A model generated the notes under the pieces. The model was given only the letters and a program-made list of their open reading frames with translations. It searched no databases and was not told the DNA's origin. A program made the position numbers and the translations under genes. A stretch of DNA of 64,000 nt, taken from positions 29,636,001-29,700,000 of the forward strand of contig CM022670.1 in assembly GCA_012295275.1 (NCBI GenBank). The letters are read 5' to 3'. This document shows, in pieces, positions 49,932 to 64,000 of the stretch (position 1 is its first letter; every line of letters starts with the position of its first letter). The stretch comes from Chrysomallon squamiferum (lineage: Eukaryota; Animalia; Mollusca).

Positions 49932-50637
49932 TATTTTTATATATATATATATATGTGTAATTAATATATCTAATGAATGAATTTGTGTGTGAGAGTGTGA
50001 GTGTGAATGTGTACATATATATATATATATATGTATGTATGTAATAATATACCTATAAAAATGAATTTGTGTGTGTGGGTCTGCGTCTGTTTATTTACGA
50101 TTCATAATATTTAAAATCTAATTTTAGCACACAAACAGGACTTTCATACATGCAACAGAACATACTGAAATGTAATGTAAACAACGACTTCTGTATTTTC
50201 GTCTATTATCTGGTTTTGCTATAAATCCTAGGACAAAAAAAAACAACCCAAAACCCAGCAAAATTCTAATCCAAGACCTTCTGCGCGAATACATATCGCA
50301 GATTTTCAACTATTAAAACAGATGGTAAATCGCTTATGGAAGAAAAACAGTTTTGCTGGTGAAGCTTCGTTCCTCACAGGTTATAAATCTTTTTCACTTT
50401 ATGATATAAATTTGTGTGACGAGTCTACCAAAACATGAAAATTCTGGTAAACGATATTCAGAAATATTCAAAATGAAATTAAGAATTTACTACGTAAAAT
50501 AACCCTGTCCTTATCGTTAAAGCCATTGTTTTTATAACTACCAGTAAATTCTGTGATAACGATTTATTATAATAATATAAAATCATAATAAGATTATAAA
50601 AATATTTAGAATAAGGACTTTAGTTCATAACAATTCA

Positions 50638-50676
<39 letters not shown>

Positions 50677-51639
50677 TATTTCATTTGTTTCTTTCTTCAA
50701 CAATCATGTAACACATTTCACTCTTGTTATATTTTTATATGAAATCTTTCGCCAGTTATGAAACAATACTCAGTATACCATTAGTATCATATGTAATAAA
50801 ACAAACAAATGAGAGGAAAGAAACAAAAGGATACATGCGTGATAAACTTTTTTTCATAGAATGTTTATAATATTTAACTCACGTTAAAAATATAAATGAT
50901 TCCACTTTTGTATCTTATTAGCACAGAAAGGTTTCACTTTATTGTGGTGGTGCGAATGTGTGGATACAACGATGTCTTGGTGCATCTTCTTTAGATTTTT
51001 GGTTATTGATTGATCTTTATTCTTATTTCTTTGTCCATTTTTTTGTTTGTTATGTTTGTTATGTTTCTTTAATTCTTTTTCTTTTTATTGCTTATGCACT
51101 CTAACTTGTACATTTTGACTGCGTATATGTTTGTACGAATCACTGACGTTGATTTTTTACTTTATTGACTTCTTTTTATTATTATTGTTTTTTATTTTAA
51201 TAATTTAGCTAAGTTATATCATATCTATTTCTATTCAAAACACTTTTAGCACAAACTGCTCCTTGTTTTACATACATTCTGTCAGTCAAAATATTTGCAC
51301 ATATCTACACCACAGTTAACTATGTATGAACCTCTTCGTTAAAAATGCAAACACAATAAATATCTTCCTGCGAACCAAATTCCGCGAACTCTTGTAGATC
51401 TGCAGATAGGGCATTCTTCCTTATCTCTTTTCTCATTTTTTTCAATTCCTTTCTCGTCAACACCCCTAAGCAATGTCGCTGTGAACTATTTCTGCTGCTG
51501 TGTAAGACGTACTGAATAGAAAACAGAAGCCACTTACGGATAACCTAATTTTTGTTCTTCAGAGAAAGAGCGAAGAAATGATTTTGACAGTTCATTTCCT
51601 CAGAGACAGCATGAGAAAATTTATAACAGAGTTTGTAGA

Positions 51640-51678
<39 letters not shown>

Positions 51679-52045
51679 CTTAACTTACTTCTTTTGTTTC
51701 TTATTTTATTTATTTAATTATTTATTTACTTAATTATTTATTTATTTTTTATTGTTGTTGTTCTTTTGTGGCACTTTATAAAAATACCAAAGTAGGACGA
51801 TACAAAACGGCAATGAAAACAAAATAAATACATCATAATCATTATCATCATCATCATCACCATTATAATGGTAATAATAATAATAATAAATAAATAAATA
51901 AGCATACTATTGATGATGATTTTTTCATTGTAATTATTATTGTTGTTGTTGTTTGTTGCTGCTGCTGCTGTTTTTGCTATCATCATCTAATAAAAATAAC
52001 TCTGATGATCATGATGATTTTTGCTGCCGTTTTTGTCATCTTGTG

Positions 52046-52106
<61 letters not shown>

Positions 52107-52360
52107 GTTTTAAATAATGTCAATGACGTCGGCAACAGTAAAAGTTGATGTTAAGAATAAATCGTTATTTAAAAATGGGGTGTCATAATTATGATTTACA
52201 TAATTTCCATGATTATTGACTTTTATCATTCAATAAAATTTCATGTCGTCTTCATGGTAAGAATAAAGAATAAAAACTTTAATAACAGCAAACGTTTAAT
52301 GTCTATTCTTTTGTTTGTAACGTTTCAGGTTCATAAACCTTTGATCTGAATTCTTTGTTT

Positions 52361-52672
52361 AAATGTGGACAGTGTGTACACACGTACAACTATTTATGTT
52401 TGCATCCTGATCTTTCTGCACAGAACAGTTGAACAAAGACTAGTTACCATTATTAAAGCTCTCACAAACAAATGTAATTGCGGTGCATCGGTCAGCATAT
52501 TTTTATTTCTACACTGACACGAAACAAATGACTTGGGAAAGTAATCGACAGACCGTTTGATTAAGTTTTCCCAGGACGTCAATTTTATTTAGTAATTATA
52601 AGCATAATTCAATTATCGAACAAGTTTTATAATTTCAGAAATAACAGCTGATCAGACCCTCAGGGAGATGTT
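52361..52672 (-). repeat. Left arm of ~310-bp inverted repeat
   Basis: Reverse complement of 55747-56049; near-identical translations at 52394-52582(-) and 55840-56067(+). Confidence 0.92.
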
Positions 52673-52878
52673 TGAGGACAGACACAAAAATTAGTTAAAA
52701 CTTTAGGAAACATATCACAGTCTTTATATCTTGTGTTATTAATGGACAATGGACTTGGAATAGCGATGTAGAGACATGCTAAATATTGACTAGTGTTGTC
52801 TTGGTATACAGTGAGCAGTAATGACAATAACTGACTAGTCTTGGCTTCGTATACCAGTGATCAGTAATGTAAAATATA

Positions 52879-53762
52879 TTTTTTATCTTGATATAGAGTG
52901 AGCATTATTGTTAAAGATGGACTAGTTTTTATCTTGATATAGAGTGAACAGTATTGTTAAAGATGGACTAGTTTTTATCTTGATATAGAGTGAGCATTAT
53001 TGTTAAAGATGGACTAGTTTTTATCTTGATATAGAGTGAACAGTATTGTTAAAGATGGACTAGTTTTTATCTTGATACAGAGTGAGCAGTATTGTTAAAG
53101 ATGGACTAGTTTTTATCTCGATATAGAGTGAGCAGTATTGTTAAAGATGGACTAGTTTTTATCTTGATACAGAGTGAGCAGTATTGTTAAAGATGGACTA
53201 GTTTTTATCTCGATATAGAGTGAACAGTATTGTTAAAGATGGACTAGTTTTTATCTTGATACAGAGTGAGCAGTATTGTTAAAGATGGACTAGTTTTTAT
53301 CTCGATATAGAGTGAGCAGTATTGTTAAAGATGGACTAGTTTTTATCTCGATATAGAGTGAACAGTATTGTTAAAGATGGACTAGTTTTTATCTCGATAT
53401 AGAGTGAACAGTATTGTTAAAGATGGACTAGTTTTTATCTCGCTATAGAGTGAACAGTATTGTTAAAGATGGACTAGTTTTTATCTCGATATAGAGTGAA
53501 CAGTATTGTTAAAGATGGACTAGTTTTTATCTCGCTATAGAGTGAACAGTATTGTTAAAGATGGACTAGTTTTTATCTCGATATAGAGTGAACAGTATTG
53601 TTAAAGATGGACTAGTTTTTATCTCGATATAGAGTGAGCAGTATTGTTAAAGATGGACTAATTTTTATCTCGATATAGAGTGAACAGTATTGTTAAAGAT
53701 GGACTAGTTTTTATCTCGATATAGAGTGAGCAGTAATGATAGCGATCGACTGTTTTATCTTG
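52879..53762. repeat. 46-bp minisatellite (actagtttttatctYgatatagagtgaRcagtattgttaaagatgg) x~19
   Basis: Head-to-tail units with no spacers; degenerate units back to ~52780. Confidence 0.96.
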
Positions 53763-54116
53763 ACTACTCATCTGAATTATTTATATTTTAATTGTATTGT
53801 CTTCCACTGATGTTTGTGTGTTTGTGTGTGACCAAACTGGACACAGCTGGTCTGGAATAGACTAACTTGACAGGGATGGAAGAGAAAGGCCGAGAAAAGA
53901 TTTAGTAACACTGGACTAAAATGAAGTGTATTAATGAAGAGACTAAGAGATTATTATGCAGCAAATTAAAGTTTTGAATAGAAATATTACATAATAATAA
54001 CCAAAATATTAACATGTATAATGAAACGACAAAACAAATCCATAATAATATTATATTAACATACTATTATTTAAAAAAGAATGGAAATTAAAACTATTAT
54101 GATAATTACATTAAAA

Positions 54117-54148
<32 letters not shown>

Positions 54149-54526
54149 AAAAATTATATTTACCTTTACAAACAAAACAATAAATAAAAAATATGGTATT
54201 TGAGATAATTATATGACGTCACAATATGAAATAAAATGTATTATCTCTATTATAAGTAACAGAAAACGAAACACTGCATCTATAAACGATATTGTAAGAT
54301 CAAACCGACGATATTTTATAAATAACAAACCAGAACCAATGAAAGTTTTGCGTTGTGTAAAGAATATAACGGGATTTTAAATTGAATGTGTTTTAAAAGT
54401 ATTAAGCTTTAATAAGTATTTTTCAATATGTCACACTTGGTATGGAATTCCAGTGAAACAAAACCAAAAAATACCGTAAAGAAAATCATACAAAATTAAT
54501 AAATCAATTTTTAATTTGTTTTTCTG

Positions 54527-54595
<69 letters not shown>

Positions 54596-55352
54596 TTTTT
54601 ATTATTATTATTTTTTAAATATTATCTTATTTAATTATTAATTTATATTGATTGATCGATTGATTGATTGATTTTTGGGGAGGGGGCTCGGAACAACCGC
54701 CTTAATCACTTCTGTTACCAAAAATCAGCTAGTGTTTTGAATTCTTCACATTAAACATATGTTTTGTATCGATCATGCATACTACGCTTAATACAAGACC
54801 ATAACAATAACAGTGAATTAAGGTCACAGATAGAATCGTTCTCTTGGGATTAATGCATAAGAAACTGCAACTCGTTTGTTCTGTGAGAAAGCTCACGGGT
54901 CGCGCCGCTGATAGAGATAATCAAATATTTTCTTCTCAAGGGAAGTGTACGTTGTGTACAAAGGTTTTCATATCTAATTGTCTTCCAGAAAACAAAGTCG
55001 ATTTGTACACAAACGAAATAAATTGAATTTTAACACAAAGCTGCTGTAAGCTGCAAAGTGCTTTGATCGAGTTTCTTCTCACCTCTAAAGATACAAAGAA
55101 AAGTAATATCTCATGTACGAACCGCATTTACACTGAGTGTTCACATTCATGTTAGCTGTTGATGATAACACGCTTGAAGACGCTTTTTAGTGAAAGCATA
55201 TTGTTAAAGAGGCTTTTATATACAGGATCAGCGTGTTATCTTTTATCTAATTATGATGTAATCATTATCTCTGGGAGAAAATATCGAGAAACCTCAAGTA
55301 TAATCAAAACCCACAAATTAACGAAATTATTATGCATAAGAATTGACGACAC

Positions 55353-55354
<2 letters not shown>

Positions 55355-55442
<88 letters not shown>
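55355..55442. repeat. (GA)n microsatellite
   Basis: Pure GA run. Confidence 0.95.
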
Positions 55443-55446
<4 letters not shown>

Positions 55447-55673
55447 CATTATACATATGGTTAAAGAAAACACAAACAAAAAGAGAGGAATCCCGCTAGC
55501 ACACTCGTTCGTGTGGCAAAAACAGCCGAAAGGGAGCAGAAAAAAACTACTCCTGCCAGCAATTATGTCAGGCCAGTGATACCTAAATCTGCAGTAATAT
55601 CACTTTAAGAATAATGTCAGTGGAAAGATAGCTAAATAGAAGTTACTCTTGACTTCGGTTTTATTATATATAC

Positions 55674-55743
<70 letters not shown>

Positions 55744-55746
55744 TAT

Positions 55747-56049
55747 AAAACATCTCACTGAGGGATCTGGTCAACTGTTAGTTCTGAAATTATAAAACTT
55801 GTTCGATAATTGAATTATGCTTATAAGTACTAAATAAAATTGATGTCCTGGGAAAACTTAATCAAACGGTCTGTCGATTACTTTCCCAAGTCATTTGTTT
55901 CGTGTCAGTGTAGAAATAAAAATATGCTGACCGATGCACAGCAATTACATTTGTTTGTGAGAGCTTTAATAATGGTAACTAGTCTTTGTTCAACTGTTCT
56001 GTGCAGAAAGAATATGGGCGCAAATATTTGTACACATTGTACACATTTA
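55747..56049 (+). repeat. Right arm of ~310-bp inverted repeat
   Basis: Reverse complement of 52361-52672. Confidence 0.92.
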
Positions 56050-57066
56050 TGGATTCTATCGATTTGAAGTTATACATAGAAGTATATATATGTGTCTGAC
56101 ATGCTCACAGCAGAAGAATGAACTATAACATGTGTTACATTCCTAGATACAGAGAATTTCTGACAGCTAAAGAGAAACAGTACTGCTAAACTAATTTTTC
56201 ATAATTGTCTTTCTGAATTAAATACATATCAGTGATATTTTAATATAGTTCTTTCATCGGTATATTTACAGAAATACAGTACCAAGAAAGAATAAACTGT
56301 TATTCAGTTGTAAACGTATTCTTTGTGAAGAATCACGAGTCTGTTCTATTTCATTTGTCACTGTTTAACTCGTAACGTAAACTGACTTTCCATTTAGCTT
56401 AGAGTGTCTCACTGACAGTAACAAGCACAAAAATACTCTCATCACGATTATTCGATCTGCTTTATGTTCGTGTCTGCTGAAAGTGTATTTGTTAACTTCG
56501 CAATAAATATAGGGAGATGTATAGACAGACAGGAAGATATATATATCAAAGAAGAACCAAAGCCTATAATGTTTAGTATATAAAATGTTTCTATAATATT
56601 CCAATAAAAGTCATTTTAAGTATGATTTTACACCAGTGCATGGTGTTTATTACATTTTATTTAAATAAATTCTCATTATTATTCCATCTACATAGCAATA
56701 TTTTCTTTGAGAATAATTCCTTTATGAATCTTTGCTGTGGTTTATATATTAATAATATCATGAGTAATGAACAATCCCTTCCTTAATTCGATTCGTGATT
56801 TTGGTATATATTTTTTATGTTTATAGAAATAAATTAACATAGAACATTATTAATACTGTATGTATTTGTTACGAGTTGTATTAGCTATAACAACTGATAA
56901 AAGGAAATCACATATCTCGACCTTTGACAAACTAGTTATGGTACAATATTTTTATCAGGAAATAGTCCGAGAAGCACTGATCCCACGACCTACCATACTT
57001 CAAGATGTATCTCTAAACACTTTAAAACATTTTTCTTTCTTCTAGCATTATAGTAATTATATACAA

Positions 57067-57123
<57 letters not shown>

Positions 57124-57193
57124 GAAACACACACATGCAACATGCATACATAAATCAATATACATGCAAACATACACTCATATATATATACAG

Positions 57194-57230
<37 letters not shown>

Positions 57231-57237
57231 CAGATAT

Positions 57238-57269
<32 letters not shown>

Positions 57270-58649
57270 GTATACACAAGAATACACACATACATATACA
57301 TATGTACACACATACACAAACACGCCTTACATACATGCACACCATCCAACCAGCCTTGTATTTTATCAGAAAACAAGTGACACAGATAACAGACGTGGTG
57401 ATCAGTACAGAGCAGAGAGTCTGCGAGCAAAGTGAGAATCTGAAATAATCACGTATCTGAAATCACTTCCTGCAGTTTGGCATCGATATTAGATCAGGCT
57501 GCATTCTAGACACCAGAGAAACACGTTCTATCATAGAACGTTTAATCACAACAGTGAGTAGATAATAATAATAATGAACGATGGATACGCGTTGCTCTCT
57601 ACCAGTCTTTTTAGTATCTGTGTTAGGGTGTCGTTCACAGACACTTATAATGGATGCTGTGAACAGCGCAACGGTTAGTGATCTTAATCATTTTTCCGTT
57701 TTCAGACAGACTGAAAAAAGTAATACAGATTTGTTAGGGTTTTAATAGTTATTAATTTTCAGATTGCTTTGAAAAAATTAATATGTCTTACAAATTTCCA
57801 GACGCCTATAAAAAATGACGTCTCGTCAGAAGACAGCATTAATAGTTGACATGATAAAACTATGGTTACTTGTTCCTGTGAATACTTGCATAATTGTTGC
57901 TATGAAAAACGTAATACTGCAGAAAATGGCCAGAAAAATATATATTCAATAATAATTCTATCGTCAAGAGTTTAATGCAAATTATTATAGGGACAACAAA
58001 CAACAACAGCAACAACAACAACAACAACAACAATAATAATAATAATAATAATAATAATAATTACTATAATAAAAAGAAAATACATCAGTTAAAGTAAGAT
58101 TCTGATAAATATAGCAACAAAAAAGGTAAAATAAAAATAACAGCAATAGAAGCCATTGTGGAAACCATGACTGTAGTTCGTGTACATAGTCCTGAAACAA
58201 AATTCTTATCAAATGTACCAATTCTAACGAAATTATTCTAACGAAATTAAATAATACTCTGAACCTAGATATTTTCGGAATATACTGTGTTTTCCCAGCA
58301 AAGTTTTATTCGTACGAATTATTGTTCTGCCGAAGTCACAAAACGCCACAAAGGTGTATAATTACTAGTGTGTTATGTCAAGCATTTAACAGATGTCTGT
58401 ACAACAATCAGCCCACACACAGAGACATTTTCATACTATACGTTAGTGACTAAAGTCTCAGGAGTTTGGCCAACAAGAGGACACTATGACTGCAACATGA
58501 TGATACTGATGATGATGCCGTTAGTAATTACATTCTCAGTAAATACCCTGGTTTCAGCAAACACAAGGAAAGAATGACCGGTTTAATACAATGGAAATCA
58601 GTGCAAAGAGTAGATAATGTTAATATCTGCTTTTTATACTAACAAAAAC

Positions 58650-58845
58650 GGTTGTAGGAAAATATGGCACCGGAAATAATGGCACTGGAAAAAAATGGCA
58701 CCCGGAAGAAATGGCACAATGGAGATTTGGAAAAAATGGCATCTTATTTATTTTTTCTGTATAGTTGCTTTAAAAAATCTTATAAGTACTTTTGAAAATG
58801 CAGTTTATTCATGTAATATTGTTACATACATGTATTTTAATATAT
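58650..58845 (+). mobile_element. Solo transposon terminus with ~15-bp subrepeats (ggaaaaaatggcacc), copy 1
   Basis: About 5 subrepeats followed by a body similar to 59868-60030. Confidence 0.55.
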
Positions 58846-59157
58846 AGCATAAACAGTGATTCCAAAAACGTTATTCTATTTTTATACATAGGTATCTTGT
58901 AATATGCGATACTTCACCATTCACACACACACACACACACAAACGCACTGTGTACATAAATATACATATAGCTGCACAGGCAAATACAAAATAAATAATT
59001 ATAAATTATGCCTGTGTACAATATGATCGATTAAAATGTGTGTCTACAAAAGAAAATCCATCTACAGATCGTGGCAATTTATTTACATAGTTTTACATAG
59101 TTTTACATATTTATACGTGTATGTGAGTGTGTGTGCGAATGCTGATAGATATATATT

Positions 59158-59191
<34 letters not shown>

Positions 59192-59324
59192 CATCTATAT
59201 CTACATATATATATCTATATATTTATCTTAGTGAGACAAACACAAACACACACACGTGCTCACCTCTAAATATATACGCACCTCACACAAATTCTCTTCA
59301 TGCACATCTCTTTGACATGAACAC

Positions 59325-59460
59325 ACTCACCTCGTCTCGAGATTATCCGTTACTTTCTCGATAACACCGACAGCCTGAGACTTGTAAACTTCTTATACTT
59401 CTCTCTCACAGAAATATTCAATCCACTGCACTTTTCGCTTAGGCGGGTCTCCTTTTTATG
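59325..59460 (-). promoter_or_regulatory. Candidate core promoter and non-coding first exon of channel B
   Basis: Minus-strand CATAAAAAGG ~31 nt upstream of Inr-like GCAGT (~59427), then strong donor CGAG|gtgagt at 59331/59330. Inference only. Confidence 0.3.
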
Positions 59461-59867
59461 GCATTTGTTTCTTTATTCAAGCGAAAAGAGAATTTCCCAT
59501 AGACCCAGCAACAATTACGAAAGGCTGGATGCAGTATCGACCAGCAGTGAGCACAAGGCAGGAAACCCCGAGCTGTTGAGAATTTCTCGCAACATGTGTT
59601 TAGCTGTTAGACAACTGTGAAGTGTTCTGTTACGTCCCTGGAAATCATGACAATATATTCTAGACTTAGTTAACTGTATACAGAGATATTTTATAGGCTT
59701 GTGATAATCACTGATTGTAAGTTATTTTTTTTTATTTCAGTTGTTCAGATCATAAAAAAGGATCAGCTATTTTTAGCATATGACCACGTTCATTCACAAA
59801 CCAATGTCCTCTGAAATGTATATTCAAAAGAGCTCACAATTAAATGTATATGTATGTATGAATGTAT

Positions 59868-60030
59868 GGGGGTACGGAAAAAGTGGCACCGGAAAAAATG
59901 GCATTCGGAAAAAATGGCACCTTATTTTATTTTTCTCTATAGTTGCTTTGATAAAAAAAAAATTTAAAAGTACTTTTGAAAATACTGTTCTTTCATGCAG
60001 TATTGTTACATATATGTATATTGATATATA
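59868..60030 (+). mobile_element. Solo transposon terminus with ~15-bp subrepeats, copy 2
   Basis: 3 subrepeats plus shared body tatagttgcttt...agtacttttgaaaat...tattgttacata. Confidence 0.55.
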
Positions 60031-61068
60031 TCATCACTTAGCCACTTGGTTTTACTTAACAAAGTACAGCATTATATCAGAGTTTAATATTATACATAAA
60101 CACATATTTCTTTATGTTTTGTTGCTACTTGTTGAGGATGTTCTATTATTATATTTTAACTATAATATATATATCGTTTGCATGCTAATCGTAGATAATT
60201 AGCCAGATAGAAAAATAGAGGACATACATGCACATACAGGTTATAAAATTAAATTACAACGGACGTACATCGACAATAATTAATTTGGTTTCTTTAATAT
60301 GAGATACAGATTTTTTAATCTGATAATAAATTGATGTGCACGTTGTGTAGATTATTAAATTGTTTTAAATTACGTCACAGAAGATTCGAGAATAATCCCA
60401 CAAGTGTACAGTTTCATTTATCTGGAGTGATATAAATTTGATATTAACATACAACCTCTTTAATACTGTCTTTACTGCTGAAGACAATAGCTGTTAACAC
60501 AGTGGTGTTGCAAATTAATATTAGAAAAAGATAACTTTAATTTCTCTGACGCCTTCAAATTATTAACGAACAAACAACTGATGCATGTATTAGTTGGCTT
60601 CCAGTCGGTTTTCACTAAATAGAGCTGTATTGTATTAAACAGATGGAGTTTGTATTTAGTAGACACTTAACCAAAATATACAATTAATCACAACCAAAGA
60701 ATGTCCCAACGGACTGGAATTTCATTTTCGTTTATCTGGTAAATGGTATTAGTGAATTCTGATACATACCTCGATCTGTCAACTGTAGTAAAAATAGAAT
60801 TGTTTATATATTATCATAGAACTCTATTATGTCTGCAGTCGTCAAGTGAACTGGTGCTGAATTTGTGTTTAGAAGACGTTATCCAAAGGATACTCACATT
60901 GCTGTCACTCAGAATGTTTGTGTATGTTTTATTCGGATGATGATGACAGAATGAGTTTCTTTTATTTTCTGTTGTTCTTGTTTCCGGCGATGTTGAAATT
61001 ATTAAGAACTTTCTTTTGAAATATTTAAAATTAATAATTAATAGTCTCTATACATTCTTTTCTGTGAA

Positions 61069-61592
61069 ACTATTTTATCAACTGTTTTTTTTTTTCTCTA
61101 TTTATACATGCACTCTGTCTGTCTTTTTGTTTTCTATCCGCCTCTCTGAAAGAAAGAAACAAACAAAGAGAGAATTCATGTATACATAAAGAAAAGAAAA
61201 ACAGATCATAAAACTTTCTCACAGAAGCAAATGTAGAGAAAGGAAGTAAGAATACAAAACAAACAAAGAGAATTTATACACCAGTGTGAATATCAACAGC
61301 CCAGAAATATTTGGGTTGATATATTATGTACTATTTTATCAACTGTTTTTTTTTTTCTCTATTTATACATGCACTCTGTCTGTCTTTTTGTTTTCTATCC
61401 GCCTCTCTGAAAGAAAGAAACAAACAAAGAGAGAATTCATGTATACATAAAGAAAAGAAAAACAGATCATAAAACTTTCTCACAGAAGCAAATGTAGAGA
61501 AAGGAAGTAAGAATACAAAACAAACAAAGAGAATTTATACACCAGTGTGAATATCAACAGCCCAGAAATATTTGGGTTGATATATTATGTAC
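61069..61592. repeat. Perfect 261-bp tandem duplication
   Basis: 61069-61329 is identical to 61330-61590, including the T11 run. Confidence 0.95.
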
Positions 61593-62235
61593 ACTGTATT
61601 TGAGGTTATCAGAACTTGATATCTAAAAATAATTATGAAGAATAATAGTTTCGATAAACAAAACCTTATTTAACACTGAACACAAATCCTAACTTACATT
61701 CTTTATTAATTACATTTAATCAGCAAATACTCGGCTATCACATGGTTTAACGCCATAATATTATAATCTAAAATCAGTTGTACTGTGCACACGAGTTTGT
61801 GTTACGGCTGGTCAGTTCTTTTGGCAAGTTTCTGTCACTAGACAGTTAATTTAAAGGAAAGTTGGCTAATCATAAAAATAACCATTCTGTTACTTGATGA
61901 AATATTTCAAAGTTGTTTGTGTCTGGTTTAATTACATTATATATATATATATATTATATATATATGCAGCGTTTGCTACTGCTGTTAATTTTCAAGACTA
62001 ATAGGTCTTGGGATTGCAGTCATGTATCGGCTCCTTTCAAAAGGCAGAGATATAATATTAGTGCGTCTATATCGAATTGTCTAGTTAATCATTTAGCACT
62101 CTATTACCACATCGGGTGTGCTGTAGTAGTTGTTGTAGCAGATGTATTTCTAGTAGTAGTAGCAGTAGTAGCCGCAGCAGTGAGAGTAGTAATGTGTTGT
62201 TGTCATAATAACAAAGGCCATGGTAGTAGTATATA

Positions 62236-62285
<50 letters not shown>

Positions 62286-64000
62286 CGAATAACGAAAATG
62301 AAAACAGAATAAACCAAAAAATAAAACAAAATAATATTAAGAAGAAAAATAAGAAAACAAAATATATTATCTATTAATTTATTAATATGTACAGAATAGA
62401 ACGCAAAAAATAATAATAAAGAAATATAGCTGAAATCAGATCTCTCTGAAATTTTAATGACATGTTTTGTTCTCTCTATTATTTATATAACAGAGCTTCC
62501 TAGTAAATATCTATTTCGGTACAATAAGAATGATTGATTACCCCTAAATCATAGTTATATCATAAACTAACCGACTAACTAATTAACTAAGTAATAAAAA
62601 AATAAACAGATGAATAAATAAATAAATTCTTTCTTTTTCTTCTTTGTTAAATGGATTTTAATACATTTTATTTATTTATTGACTTACATATTTATTTGTT
62701 TGTTTATTTGTTTATCTGATAATGTTGTTGCTATATAATCCAGGAACATGTTGAGCAAATATCTGATATATGTGTGTGTGTGTGTTTCTTTATTCTTGTC
62801 TATTTTTCTTTCTTTTTTTTCATGGTAGTTCATCGAAATATGTTATATACCAGATATTTATATAATCTTTAACTGAAATGCCTGCTTATACATTAAACAA
62901 TGGGTATGCGGTTAATAATGGCATTATGTGTATTATTCATTAAAACTAAATCTGATGTATTTAATCAAATTTTGTTTGTTATTTTTCCACTTCATGTGTA
63001 AGTGTATTTGATTTTCAAAAATCTACAGACACTCGTGTGTTTGTGTCTGTCGTGTGTTAAATTAAGCAGACATTTATCACAGAATTTCAACACGTCTGTC
63101 ACTAATGTTCAGTGTGTCTTATACCACTGAGAGTACGTATGCGTTTCACTGTCTGGTTTTGTTGCTTTAGTCGTGTCAGTTTTCTTTTTCCCGTTTCAGT
63201 TTCTTTTTTCTTCTTCTTCTTCTTTGTCTCCTTGTTGTTCTTCCTGGATTTTTACTCTATACTTTTTTTCACTGCAAGGCAAGAGCTGAATTTCCTTATA
63301 ACTGGAAAAGTAAGAAGATGAAAAAAGATAATTATTCGACTTCGTGTAAAACATTCAGAAAAGTGGAAGATTTAATTTTACATGTTTAAGAGAGGCAAAA
63401 GTCTCAGAAAAACAGAAGATGACGGAGAAAGAGGTAATTACGCTTCTTAAATTAATATTTTATTTCAGCTTTTTGCACTTCAGACATTTTCATGGTGTTG
63501 AGAAAGATTTTTTAATGTATTAATTTGTTTGGTTATTAAATTAAAAAAAAAATTGTTGTTTTATTGAATATATATTACTTTCTTTTCATTTGTTAACCTT
63601 TGAGAATTACACCTACTTTCATTAGATTAATTAAGGGAATGTTAAAAATATTTAATTAGTCTTTAAAAAAGAAACAGATTCACAAAAAGATTCTGTTAAT
63701 AATAATAACAACAAAAACAAAGGTGAGAGAAGAATAATATCAATAATAGGCTCTAATAATAATAATATTAAGAAGAAAATATATAGACTAATATTAATAG
63801 CTTTCAGGGTGACTGTTTTAAATTATTCACCTAAAATGAAATCTGTTACTTCGTTCACTCGTAACAGAATAAGAAAATTAATATTATTGTCAACTGTAAT
63901 TGCTCAGTCTGATAGAAGAAAGACAACTTCTGGTAGACAATTTATACACAAAGATAATTTGTTTCTCTTTGGTCACATCTTTACACTGGTTTCTGCTAAT

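Noticed and set aside
52879-53762. CRISPR-like array
   Set aside because: Units are contiguous with no unique spacers, there are no cas genes and the context is eukaryotic; it is a minisatellite.
52394-56067. Duplicated small protein gene (SWENLIKRSVDYFPK...) on both strands
   Set aside because: Non-ATG or weak starts and no recognisable domain; the shared translation just reflects the inverted repeat.
63100-63320. First exon of a divergent plus-strand gene (donor gtaaga near 63310)
   Set aside because: Only a donor-like motif in low-complexity sequence; no coding or other support within the window.

Overview
AT-rich, microsatellite-rich, intron-containing animal genomic DNA. A mollusc (probably a gastropod) is inferred from the protein families and SINE cores. 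I reconstructed three spliced genes by hand from GT-AG boundaries and phase continuity. (1) A + strand 11-exon gene (1387-12059, ~667 aa) encodes a type I membrane protein: signal peptide, an unusual 12-Cys ShKT-like N-terminal region, seven sushi/CCP domains, a Pro/Ser/Thr stalk, one TM helix and a short tail. (2) A - strand anion-selective Cys-loop channel subunit, gene A (14357-23823, ~427 aa), has a glycine-receptor-like pocket and apparently two alternative signal-peptide first exons. (3) A tandem paralog, gene B (42279-47164, ~394 aa), has identical intron positions but a lophotrochozoan GluCl-type loop-A Arg and a shortened, acidic loop C. The rest holds transposon fossils (XPG/PIN-CXC transposase relic, FLYWCH/MULE derivatives, a pogo-like MITE, SINEs), 20-bp and 46-bp minisatellites, a ~310-bp inverted repeat pair and a perfect 261-bp tandem duplication. 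No rRNA, tRNA or CRISPR is supported. All family assignments come from motif recognition without database searches.
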